Assembly: GCA_963707345.1 (NCBI GenBank)
Contig: CAVPPE010000002.1
Span: forward strand, 1,015,028-1,079,027
From: an uncultured Chloroflexia bacterium
GTDB lineage: Bacteria > Chloroflexota > Anaerolineae > Promineifilales > UBA4811
DNA: 64,000 nucleotides
Reading direction: 5' to 3'
Shown: piece by piece, positions 27,763 to 37,008 of the stretch
How positions within the stretch are numbered: position 1 is the stretch's first letter
How the letters are laid out: each line of letters begins with the position of its first letter
Position numbers and translations under genes: made by a program
Notes under the pieces: model-generated
What the model was told of the DNA's origin: nothing
Seen by the model: only the letters and a program-made list of their open reading frames with translations
Databases searched by the model: none

Positions 27763-28836
27763 CTATTCCAGATCGGCCAACTGGTCCTGCAATTGTGAGA
27801 GCTCGGTCCGCACCTCGGCCAACTTGCGCTCCGTTGCCGCCACAGCTTCAGTGGCCTCGGCGTAGCGCCGCTCCGCTTCCTTCAATTCCTGCTGCTGCTG
27901 TGCCAGACTCGCTTCCAGGTCTGCAACCTTACTCTCGGCCTGGTCAATCCCCAACAGCAATTTGGCCATTTGCTGTTTCAAGCGCTGTTCGCGCAGTTCA
28001 ACGTTGCGCCGAAGCGCCACCAGCCGGCTGTGAGCCTCCTGGCAATCCGGGTTGTGGAACAGGCACTCCTGCAAAGCCCGGATGCGATCCGGGTCAGACG
28101 GAAGGTTAAACGCATACCAGAGCCACGCGGCTTCGTTGCGCGGGTTGACTTTGATGACCTGCGCCAGCAGCGTCATCGCCTCCACGCGATTACCGGCGCG
28201 CGAGGCTTTGATGGCCCGGTTCAGCTTTTCCAGTGTAGGATCTGGTTTTTTGGGCGCAACGCGGACCTCGGCCGGGTCCGCCGCGGCCGTCTCGCCGAAA
28301 CCAGCCGGCCAACCAGGGCCATCGGCGGCCGGGGGTCTCTGTTGGCTGGACCAGCTACCCAACTTGACGGTGGGAGCCGTCACCCCGCCAGCCCAATCGA
28401 TGCCGCTGCGGGGAGTCTGTGCCATCAGGAGCCCTTCCAGGTCGATGTCCATGCCCTCGATTCCGGCCCAATCGCCACCCAACGGGATTGGGCTTTCCGC
28501 CTCCACCGGCTCTGCATAGTCGGTCGGTTCCCCTTCGTCCTCCAGCACAACGTCGATTACGCCGGCCGACATCGCCGCCGGCGAGGCCACGACCTGAAAA
28601 CCGAGTTGCTGGAAAATGGTCCTGGCGCGCTCGCCTTGGGCAAACCCGCCGATTCTCCCATCGGTCATCAATTGCAGAATCCGGCCGGGTGGATAGAGCC
28701 GGCCGTCGCGCTGGATGGCATACTTGCGCCACTGGCCGCTATCAAACTGCGGCCGTTCCTCCTGGTCAAAGCGCGCCATCGCTTGAATGACCTGCTCGTC
28801 AGTCAAGGTTTGTTCGCCAATCGTCAGTCGTCTCAT
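27763..28836 (-). CDS. Hypothetical protein: small N-terminal domain, low-complexity linker, TPR-like segment, C-terminal coiled coil
   Basis: 357-aa ORF. N-terminal ...WRKYAIQRDGRLYPPGRILQLM...GERARTIFQQLGFQVV. C-terminal heptad-rich region LKQQMAKLL...LSQLQDQLADLE. Confidence 0.6.
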   Translation of the reverse strand: MRRLTIGEQTLTDEQVIQAMARFDQEERPQFDSGQWRKYAIQRDGRLYPPGRILQLMTDGRIGGFAQGERARTIFQQLGFQVVASPAAMSAGVIDVVLEDEGEPTDYAEPVEAESPIPLGGDWAGIEGMDIDLEGLLMAQTPRSGIDWAGGVTAPTVKLGSWSSQQRPPAADGPGWPAGFGETAAADPAEVRVAPKKPDPTLEKLNRAIKASRAGNRVEAMTLLAQVIKVNPRNEAAWLWYAFNLPSDPDRIRALQECLFHNPDCQEAHSRLVALRRNVELREQRLKQQMAKLLLGIDQAESKVADLEASLAQQQQELKEAERRYAEATEAVAATERKLAEVRTELSQLQDQLADLE

Positions 28837-29053
28837 CGCTTCCCTCTAGCTCCCAACCAGATTCAGCAGATTGTACACTCTCTTGTAACCTGTGCAAATG
28901 GCGTACCAGGTTACAGTGGCCCGCCGCCCACGGCTACACCTCGCCCGGCCGGCTCCACCAGCCTGGGGCCCATCTCTTCCACCTTTCCAAACGGCTACCT
29001 GCCACACAGACAGTATAAGCCCATTTTCGTCTAATATCAAGCCACCGGCCGCC

Positions 29054-29082
29054 TTGATTACTAGGATAAAAGTCAGTATACT
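29054..29082 (+). promoter_or_regulatory. Sigma-70-like promoter for the metallophosphoesterase cassette
   Basis: TTGATT (29054-29059), 17-nt spacer, TATACT (29077-29082). The -10 box lies inside the 10-bp palindrome cagtatactg (29074-29083). Confidence 0.4.
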
Positions 29083-29219
29083 GTAGTCAAGCTGCCGCTT
29101 TCCTATGGACCGCGCGAACTGAGGCACAATCCACTCCCTACCCTTCCCCGGCCGGCAGTGAGTGGCCCGTTTTGCATTGAGACCTGCTGACGCAGGCAAG
29201 TTGCCAAAGGAGGAACCGC

Positions 29220-30647
29220 ATGTTGGTATTGATTAGCGACCTGCACTTTGTGGACAGCACGGCCGGCGCACACAACCTGCCTCCGGCCGCGTTCAAAAGC
29301 GTTTTTCTGTCCGACGTAGTTGCGCTGGCCAAGGACAAGCGGGCAGCCGAACTGAAACTGGTGCTGCTGGGCGACATCTTTGACCTGGTGCGCTCGCAAC
29401 AGTGGTTTCAGGAGAAGCCAGAGGACCGACCGTGGGGCCAGCACGGTCTGCTGGACGTGCCCACCCCCCGCGCGAACAGCGCCACCGAGCGACGCTGCCT
29501 GCGCATCCTGGGCGAGCTCCCGGCCGACGGCCGGCGCGACTCGGTTCCGCCAGACACCATCCTGTACCAGAACTGGGAGACCTTTGCCTTCTTTCGCGAA
29601 CTGCCCGATATTATGCGGCGCAAGCTGCGGCGCAACATCCCGGTCGAGATCATTTACGTGGTGGGCAACCACGACCGGTTGTGCAACCTCTACCCATCAG
29701 TGCGGGACGCGTTGCGCCAGATTGCCGGGCTGGCCATCAACGAGCGGACGGTAGACGGTGACCCGGCCGGCGAGTGGTGGTACCGCTACCTGTTCACCGA
29801 CGAGGCCTACAATGTGATGGCACGTCACGGGCACCAGTTCGACGTCACCTGCTTTGGCGGTGGCAACGACCTGACCCGGCCGGGCCACCTGCAGTGCACG
29901 GTGGGAGATGCCATCACCACCGAGTTTGCCGTGGGACTCGCCTGGCAACTCGACCAACTACGCCCCAAGTATTCGGTCATCACCGACGAACTGGTCCACC
30001 GCATCCAGGAAGTGGACAACGTCCGGCCGATGCAGCGCATCATGGAGTGGTTCCACTACCAGATCAAGAACGAGGGCAGCCGCCAGGTGCGCCAGGCGCT
30101 GGATGAGACCTTTGATGCGGTGGTGAATAACCTGCTCAACCTCAATTTTGTGCAGCAATGGCGCAGCCCAGACACTTATCTGGACGAACTGGTCCGCGCA
30201 GCAAGCAGCCCATGGCTGCGCTGGATTCCCACCAAGTTGATGGAAATCACCGATACCAGTTCGCTGCTGCCGCTGCTCCTGCCGGCGGTGGAGCGCTTTG
30301 CGGAGGGCGGCGACGAGATGGACCGCTACACCGAGGGAGCCTATCACGAGCGGGGCTGGCGGGAGAATCGGGACATCCGCTTTGTGATTTACGGCCACAC
30401 CCACCGGCCGGTCATCACCCCGCTGGACGGCCGGGGCGGCCGCGAAGTGCTCTACCTCAACACCGGCACCTGGCGAGCCCGCATCCAGCGCACGGTCCCG
30501 CTGGACAAGTCGGCCGATTTCATCAAGCTCAAGCAGATGACCTTCCTGGCCTTTTACCATGCCAAGGAAGATATGGACAACAAGCAACCGGGCACGGTCA
30601 GCTTTGACGTCTGGACCGGCCACAAGCAAAAGTATTACACCGACTAG
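29220..30647 (+). CDS. Calcineurin-like metallophosphoesterase with a large insertion (475 aa)
   Basis: Motifs in canonical order: ISDLHF, LLGDIFD, VVGNHD, ARHGHQFD, IYGHTHRP. AAGGAGG lies upstream of the ATG. Confidence 0.8.
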   Translation: MLVLISDLHFVDSTAGAHNLPPAAFKSVFLSDVVALAKDKRAAELKLVLLGDIFDLVRSQQWFQEKPEDRPWGQHGLLDVPTPRANSATERRCLRILGELPADGRRDSVPPDTILYQNWETFAFFRELPDIMRRKLRRNIPVEIIYVVGNHDRLCNLYPSVRDALRQIAGLAINERTVDGDPAGEWWYRYLFTDEAYNVMARHGHQFDVTCFGGGNDLTRPGHLQCTVGDAITTEFAVGLAWQLDQLRPKYSVITDELVHRIQEVDNVRPMQRIMEWFHYQIKNEGSRQVRQALDETFDAVVNNLLNLNFVQQWRSPDTYLDELVRAASSPWLRWIPTKLMEITDTSSLLPLLLPAVERFAEGGDEMDRYTEGAYHERGWRENRDIRFVIYGHTHRPVITPLDGRGGREVLYLNTGTWRARIQRTVPLDKSADFIKLKQMTFLAFYHAKEDMDNKQPGTVSFDVWTGHKQKYYTD

Positions 30648-30670
30648 CCCCGCAATCAGGAGACCAGACC

Positions 30671-31774
30671 ATGAGCCATCAATTAACCGGCCGCATTCTT
30701 TACGCCAGCGGCAGCCCGGCCGCCAACGTGCGCGTGCGCGTGTTTGATCAGGACGCACCGGGCAAGATCGACGACGATTTGACTGTGGAGGAGGGGCTTT
30801 CCGATGCCGAGGGACAGTTCACCGTGCGCTTTGCCCCCTCCAAATACCTGGATTGGCGCGAGGTGACCACCCGCGAACCGCGCAACCTGCCATTTGACTG
30901 GACGCTGGAGACGCGCACGCGCCGCCTGCCCGACCTGACCGACCTCTACCTACCCTACCTGCGGTTTGATTACGCCATTGCCAATCGCCCGCGCACCCAC
31001 AGAACCTTTCTGCAGCCGTTCCAGCGCAAATTTCGCCTGCCGGAGTTGCCGCCCAGTGCGTTCCTGCCGTCCCAGCATGGCTTCAAGTTCGTCAACCGGT
31101 TCAAGGGGTACTTCATCCCCTTTTCCGTGCCCGCCATCCCGGATATCCCCAGCGTGACCAACATCTATGGTTTGTGCGGCGGGATGGTGGCGTCGGCCTA
31201 TGACTTTTTGCTCGCCGGCCGGGAGATTCCGGCCGGTGACAAAGCGCCCAAGCGGGCCTCGCCGTTGCACCAGTACATCTACCGGCGGCAGAACGACAGC
31301 TTTGGACCATTGGGAGACCAGATTGTGCGCTTTGCCCGCTGGATGGCGCTCCCGGACGATACCATGCACGGGACCCAGCGCAAGACCCACGACGAATTTG
31401 AGCAACTGCGCGCCAGCCTGGATGACGGCAACCCCTCTCCCATTGGCCTGGTTTACGTCAGCACCGAGGACACGCTAGAAATCTGGAAGAACCACCAGGT
31501 GCTGGCTTATGGTTACACCGAGCGCGAGGACGGGACGCTGGACGTGCACATTTATGACCCCAACTATCCCCTGCGGGATGACGTCACGGTCCAGTGTGCA
31601 CGCGTTCCGCTGGGCAGCCAGTTCGTGCCGGGCCTGCCCCCGCGTGTGACCACCCAGCATGGCTTCAAGTGCGTGCAGCGGTTGGGCGGCCAGAAACACA
31701 AGGATGTGCGCGGCTTTTTCGCCATGCCGTACGTGGCGGTCGAGCCGCCGGCCGGATCGGAAGCGGACGCGTAG
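30671..31774 (+). CDS. Hypothetical protein: N-terminal transthyretin/CarboxypepD_reg-like beta-sandwich plus C-terminal putative papain-like Cys-His-Asp domain
   Basis: N-terminal GRILYASGSPAANVRVRVFDQD...DAEGQF. C-terminal IYGLCGGM (Cys), NHQVLAYGY (His), VHIYDPNYP (Asp). The residue order and spacing resemble C39/phytochelatin-synthase-like folds. 23 nt after the upstream gene. Confidence 0.55.
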   Translation: MSHQLTGRILYASGSPAANVRVRVFDQDAPGKIDDDLTVEEGLSDAEGQFTVRFAPSKYLDWREVTTREPRNLPFDWTLETRTRRLPDLTDLYLPYLRFDYAIANRPRTHRTFLQPFQRKFRLPELPPSAFLPSQHGFKFVNRFKGYFIPFSVPAIPDIPSVTNIYGLCGGMVASAYDFLLAGREIPAGDKAPKRASPLHQYIYRRQNDSFGPLGDQIVRFARWMALPDDTMHGTQRKTHDEFEQLRASLDDGNPSPIGLVYVSTEDTLEIWKNHQVLAYGYTEREDGTLDVHIYDPNYPLRDDVTVQCARVPLGSQFVPGLPPRVTTQHGFKCVQRLGGQKHKDVRGFFAMPYVAVEPPAGSEADA

Positions 31775-31824
31775 CAACCAATTCCGGTAAGCTGCTGAAC
31801 GCCCCCGACCAGCAGCTGTCTGCG

Positions 31825-33715
31825 TCAGACGCTAGAGGCCTGCGCTATGGGATCGCCGACCTGATCCAGCGCTTCTTTGACTCGCTTGGTCTGCCGGCCG
31901 CGTTCCTGCTTGTCCAGAATGCGTTTGCGGATGCGCAAGCTGTCCGGAGTTGCTTCCAGCAGTTCATCATCATCCAGATACTCGATACACTCATCCAAGC
32001 TCATATCGCGCGGCGTCGTCAGCCGGACCTCGATGTCCCGGATCACGCTGCGCATATTGGTGAGATGCTTGGTCTTGCACACGTTGACGTCCAGGTCGCC
32101 CGGCCGCTGGTGCTCGCCCACCACCATCCCCTGGTAAACCTCGGTCCCCGGGCCAATAAACAGCATGCCCCGTTCCTCGGCGTTTTTCAACCCAAACGTG
32201 GAAGCCGTGCCCGCCTCCCAGGCGACCAATGATCCGCGCGACCGGGAGCCAATCGCGCCGGCCACGGGCCCGTACTGGTAGAAAAGCGTGTTCACGATGC
32301 CCAGGCCGCGGGTGGCGGTCAAAAATTGGTGGCGAAAACCCAACAGCCCACGGGTGGGCACGTGGTAGGTGACCAGAACGCTGCCATCGGAGGCGTTGAT
32401 CATGTCGATCATCTCGCCGCGCCGCTTGCCCAGCATCTCCACCACGGTGCCAACCGTGTCAGCGGGAGTCTGGATAAACAGCTCTTCGTATGGCTCCAGG
32501 ATCTCGCCGGCCGCCCCTGTTCGCAAAATCACCTTGGGACGAGATACCTGGAACTCGTAGCCTTCACGACGCATGGTCTCGATCAGGATGGCGAGGTGCA
32601 ATTCGCCCCGGCCGGAGACGGTAAACGTATCGGCCTGGTCAGTCTCCTCAACCTGCAAGGAAACGTTGTGCCGCAGTTCATCAAACAGGCGCTCGCGCAA
32701 CTTGCGCGAGGTGCCCCAACGGCCCTCCCGGCCGGCAATAGGCGAAGTGTTGACCCCAAAGCTCATGCGCACGGTGGGTTCTTCCACCTTGATGGATGGC
32801 AGGGCGGTTGGATTTTCGGGGTCGGCCAGAAGTCTCGCCAATGGCAACCTCCTCCAACCCGGCAATGGCCACAATCTCACCCGCCTCGGCCGCCGGGACC
32901 TCGACTCTCCCCAACCCCTCGTGAACGTAGAGGTAGCGGGCACTCTCCGCTATCTGTTCGCCCTTCAGGGTCAGGCGAGCAAGGGGTTGACCGGCCGTGA
33001 TCCGCCCGGCAAAAACCCGGCCGATGGCCGTCAGGCCACGGTAACTATCATAATCCAACGTGGTCACCAGCATCTGCAGAGGCGCATCGATCTCTACCCT
33101 GGGGCACGGAATCCTGCGCAAAATGGCATCAAAGAGCGGCTTGAGGTCCGGACCCAGCTCGGGCGTTAGACCGGCCTGGCCGGTGGTCGCCACCGCGTAG
33201 ACAATACCAAAGTCAGCCTGCTCATCGGTTGCCCCCAGTTCAACAAACAGATCAAAGGTTTCGTTCAGCACTCGCACCGGATCAGCGTTCCTGCGGTCCA
33301 CTTTGTTGATCACCACAATAGCGCGGTGACCCAGTTCCAACGCTTTGCGGAGCACAAAGCGGGTCTGGGGCATGGGGCCTTCGGCCGCGTCTACCAGCAG
33401 CAACACGCCATCCACCATGTTGAGTACCCGCTCCACCTCGCCACCAAAGTCGGCGTGGCCGGGGGTATCCACAACGTTGATCTTGACCCGCTGGTCCGTC
33501 TCGGCGTCGTAGATGCTGATGGCCGTGTTTTTTGCCAGGATGGTAATTCCGCGCTCCCGTTCCAGGTCATTGGAATCCAGCACCCGCTCAGCCACCTGCT
33601 GGTTGCTGCGGAAGACGTGGGCCTGTTTTAGCAGGCCATCCACCAGCGTCGTTTTGCCATGGTCTACGTGCGCAATAATAGCAACATTGCGCAAATCGGT
33701 TCGTTCAACGAGCAT
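31825..33715 (-). CDS. typA: Translational GTPase TypA/BipA; one apparent frameshift near 32830
   Basis: [25 protein letters not shown]. ORFs 32681..33715 and 31825..32943 join as ...AIGET|[11 protein letters not shown] if one extra T in acttctg is removed. Confidence 0.92.
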
Positions 33716-33872
33716 TCGTCCAAATCCTTACACGACAAAACCCCGGCCGCCACGACCGGGGTCCAAGAGTTGGTGTTGATCTTAGCAGAGAACTACCATT
33801 CGGGAAAGGGCATCACGGGCCACATTGATGCCCTGCGCCCGCATCCCCGCAAGGGTTGGGCCAAGGCCAGTG

Positions 33873-35087
33873 CTATCGGCTCAGTGCGGCCGCCCGATTG
33901 GGTTGGTGGCGATTGGCCTCCCGGTACTTGCGAATTGCTTCGGCATCCGGCCGGCGCGCCGCAGGCGTGCCATAGTCCAGGCCATCCACCTGCCGGCGCT
34001 GAATTTTGTGCTGCAAGATCATCTCAATGCGATGGACCATCTTGACGTCCAGCGGGGTAGCCAACGTGTACGCCTGCCCTACCGCCTGGGCGCGGCCGGT
34101 GCGGCCGATGCGATGCACGTAATCTTCCGGCTGCATCGGCACGTCGTAATTCACCACGTGCGAGATGCCTTCCACATCGATGCCGCGCGCGGCAATATCG
34201 GTAGCCACCAGCACGCGCGCACGGCCGCCGCGAAACGCTTCCAGCGCAGATATTCGCTGACTCTGAGAGCGATTGCTGTGAATCACCGCGGCCGAAATCT
34301 TGGCGCGTTGCAGTTTGCGCACAATGCGATCGGCGCGGTGCTTGGTGCGGGCAAAAACGAGCACGCTGTCCATATTGTTGTCTTGCAGTAAATGCTGCAA
34401 CAACTGGAACTTGAGGTGCTCCGGCACGGGGTACACCGCCTGTGTGATGGCATCCGGCGTCACTGTCTCTTCAACACTTACCCGCACCGCCTCGCTGGTC
34501 ACCTCGCGGGCCAAGCCAGCAATGGATTGAACAGTAGCCGAGAACAACATCGTCTGTCGTTCGCGCGGCAGCAAGCGCACAATGCGGCGAATGTCCGGCA
34601 AAAACCCAATGTCCAGCATCCGGTCGGCCTCGTCCAGCACCAACACTTGCAGCGCAGTGAAATCGAGATTGCCGCGCCCCGCATGGTCCAGCAACCGGCC
34701 GGGTGTGGCAATAACCATGTCCGCGCCCTGCTTGAGCGCCTGAATCTGTGGCCCAAGCCCGACACCGCCATAGATGGTTGCAAACCGCAAAGGCAGGTTG
34801 CGACTCAATTGCGCGGCATGTTCCGCAACTTGCAGCGCAAGTTCGCGGGTTGGCACAACGATCAACGCACGCGTCGAGCGGGTGCGCGGTGAGTGAAGCA
34901 GTCGGTGCAGCAGCGGCAGCAGAAAAGCCGCCGTTTTGCCCGTACCGGTCTCGGCCGATCCGAGGATGTCGCGACCGGCCATTGCGTGTGGAATTGCCCC
35001 ATCCTGGATAGGTGTGGGCTGCTCGAAGCCAATCACTTGCAGGTTATTCAGCAAGCGCGGATCGAGGTTAAATTCATTGAAACTCAT
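33873..35087 (-). CDS. DEAD-box ATP-dependent RNA helicase
   Basis: Start at MSFNEFNLDP (ATG 35087). Q-motif PTPIQ, AETGTGKT, DEAD, SAT, HRIGRTGRA. Confidence 0.9.
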   Translation of the reverse strand: MSFNEFNLDPRLLNNLQVIGFEQPTPIQDGAIPHAMAGRDILGSAETGTGKTAAFLLPLLHRLLHSPRTRSTRALIVVPTRELALQVAEHAAQLSRNLPLRFATIYGGVGLGPQIQALKQGADMVIATPGRLLDHAGRGNLDFTALQVLVLDEADRMLDIGFLPDIRRIVRLLPRERQTMLFSATVQSIAGLAREVTSEAVRVSVEETVTPDAITQAVYPVPEHLKFQLLQHLLQDNNMDSVLVFARTKHRADRIVRKLQRAKISAAVIHSNRSQSQRISALEAFRGGRARVLVATDIAARGIDVEGISHVVNYDVPMQPEDYVHRIGRTGRAQAVGQAYTLATPLDVKMVHRIEMILQHKIQRRQVDGLDYGTPAARRPDAEAIRKYREANRHQPNRAAALSR

Positions 35088-35270
35088 AATACTCCTAATT
35101 TGCGGCATTGATTTCCCAAGTGAACTGCCGCACGGACACAAAGGGTGAAGAGACAATAAAACGCCGCCTCAGTCACAAGACCGGGCGGCGGGATGTTTCC
35201 GGATTTACTTGCTCTCCAACGGGAGGAACTATACCATGGAAGCCCTGCCACGTCAAAAAACCGTCTGAAC

Positions 35271-36731
35271 GTAACTGTTCAGGTTTAGGATAAGGAAGTT
35301 GATGGCGGGGCGGTCGCGGGTGGGTGCCGCAACGCATTCAAGCACTGGAGAAAGGGATTCTGGTCGCGGGCGGCCCAGGTGCTAAACAGACTGGCGAGGG
35401 TGAGACGTGTTTTGGTCCCCTCATCACTGCGGGAGCCGCCGCTTATCTTGCGAATGACCACCAATGGACGAAGGCTGCGTTCCGCCAGGTTGTTGTCTGC
35501 TGGCAAATTGGGCACGAGAACAAACTGGAATAACTCAACTTGATGCCGCATGATGCGCTTGGCCAACGCACAGCACGGGTGTTCATAGCTCAAGGCGTAC
35601 TGCCTGCCCAGGACACCGGCTCGCGTGAAAAGGTCTTCGTATTCAACCTGACGCTCTTGGGGGGTGGCCGCGGGGTGTTCTTTCAGCCAGCTTTGGGCAT
35701 CGTCATACAGCTTGCGCACCCCCTTCGCCCACGTCACTACCTCGGCCGTCCCCGCATGGGTTTCCTTGAGTTCGTGCAGGTCTCGCAACAAATGGGCCCA
35801 ACAGCGTTGGTGCTGGCAAAGGATCAGGTTGGTTGCGGCGTAAAAGTCCGTCACCAAGTGCCCATCGAAATCGTCCCCCAAGATGCGCTTGGCCACTTGA
35901 TGCCCTCGGCTCTGATCACGCTCAAAATAGCGCACCGCTTCCGGTCCATCCGTCACCAATGCCCAGATGTAACCGTTCTGCCCATCCTCCCGCCACCCCG
36001 TTTCGTCGCCGTGCACCACCTTGCCGGCCTGCATTTCTGCCTTCAGCCCGTCTGCTTTGCTCTGCAATTGCTTCCGTGCTGCGTGGGTCAGCTCGACGAT
36101 CTCCCCTACCCCCAACCGCAAGTGGTGCATTGTCTCTCAATACGCCTGCACCTGCCGCACCGGCAGCCGGAGCGTCGTCCGCAAGTACGCTACCAAACTC
36201 GCTATCCGCACTCCTATCCGCCTTTGCCCGATCACCTGACCGCTCAAGTCCAACTTTGGACTGCGCCATCCCTCGCAATGGGGACACCAGCGCTTGATCA
36301 CCTGGTGCTCGATCACCTCTACCGGCTGTGGCTCGGGGATCTCGATCACCTGACGCGTGTAATCCACACTCTCGCCACGCAAGCGGTAATGGCAGTCTGG
36401 GCAGTTATCCAAGGCATGCCGCTCAATTCGGGTTGCTTCTTCACGCTTGCGCGACCGATTGTGCTTCGCTGCTCGTTTCTTGCGCGGCTTGGGTGGATCT
36501 GTGCGGGGAGGTCGATTCCGTTTGACAAACGGAGGCAGCTTTTTCTTTTGCTGCTCCAATTCGGCAATCCGCGTCGTTGCTGCCTGCAACTGGTTCGTCA
36601 ATTGAACCACCTGCTGCTGCAATGCAATCACCTCGCTGTGCAGCTTCTTGTTCTCAGCAAGGATCGCCTCAATCTCTTCCTCGGTCACGGCGGCAAGTCT
36701 AACACATTCCGGGGTAACTGTGAACAGTTAC
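35271..36731 (-). mobile_element. IS66-family insertion sequence, single-ORF (ISBst12-like) type, 1461 bp
   Basis: 11-bp perfect terminal inverted repeats gtaactgttca (35271-35281 and the reverse complement of 36721-36731). Perfect 8-bp direct repeat gtctgaac on both sides (35263-35270, 36732-36739). Confidence 0.8.
35285..36688 (-). pseudogene. IS66-family transposase interrupted by an in-frame TGA (36139-36137)
   Basis: ORFs 36137..36688 (leucine zipper, zinc-finger CPDC...CPHC) and 35285..36130 (DDE core) are in the same frame: ...VRQVQAY*ETMHHLRLGVGEIVEL. Confidence 0.8.
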
Positions 36732-36748
36732 GTCTGAACTGAGACAGC

Positions 36749-36772
36749 GCGGACCCACGGCCGTGGGTCCGC
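36749..36772. repeat. 24-bp perfect palindrome centred on CGGCCG
   Basis: gcggacccacgg|ccgtgggtccgc, 10 nt from the IS66 target duplication and 20 nt upstream of the dipeptidase promoter. Confidence 0.6.
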
Positions 36773-36791
36773 CTGGTACGGCATTTCCTGC

Positions 36792-36820
36792 TTGAACACG
36801 GGGCAGAAACGTACTATAAT
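36792..36820 (+). promoter_or_regulatory. Sigma-70-like promoter upstream of the dipeptidase gene
   Basis: TTGAAC (36792-36797), 17-nt spacer, TATAAT (36815-36820). Implies a leader of about 180 nt. Confidence 0.45.
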
Positions 36821-37008
36821 GCTGGCACGGCTTGCCCAATCCGAGCTTGCCGCTCGACCGTCATCCTGACCCGGTTCCACGCCCTGCTTCATCTGGCTGT
36901 TCCACCTCTGATTCACAACCTGTTACCGTATCCGCCATCGATGATCCGGCCGGCACTGTAGCCAGTGCCCTTGGTTTAGCTACCAGTGAATTCAACGGAG
37001 GCAACAAC

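Noticed and set aside
35271-36731. Expected IS66 accessory genes (tnpA/tnpB) next to the transposase.
   Set aside because: The inverted repeats and target duplication bound only 1461 bp, leaving no room for them. This is the single-ORF subgroup rather than a truncated three-gene IS66.
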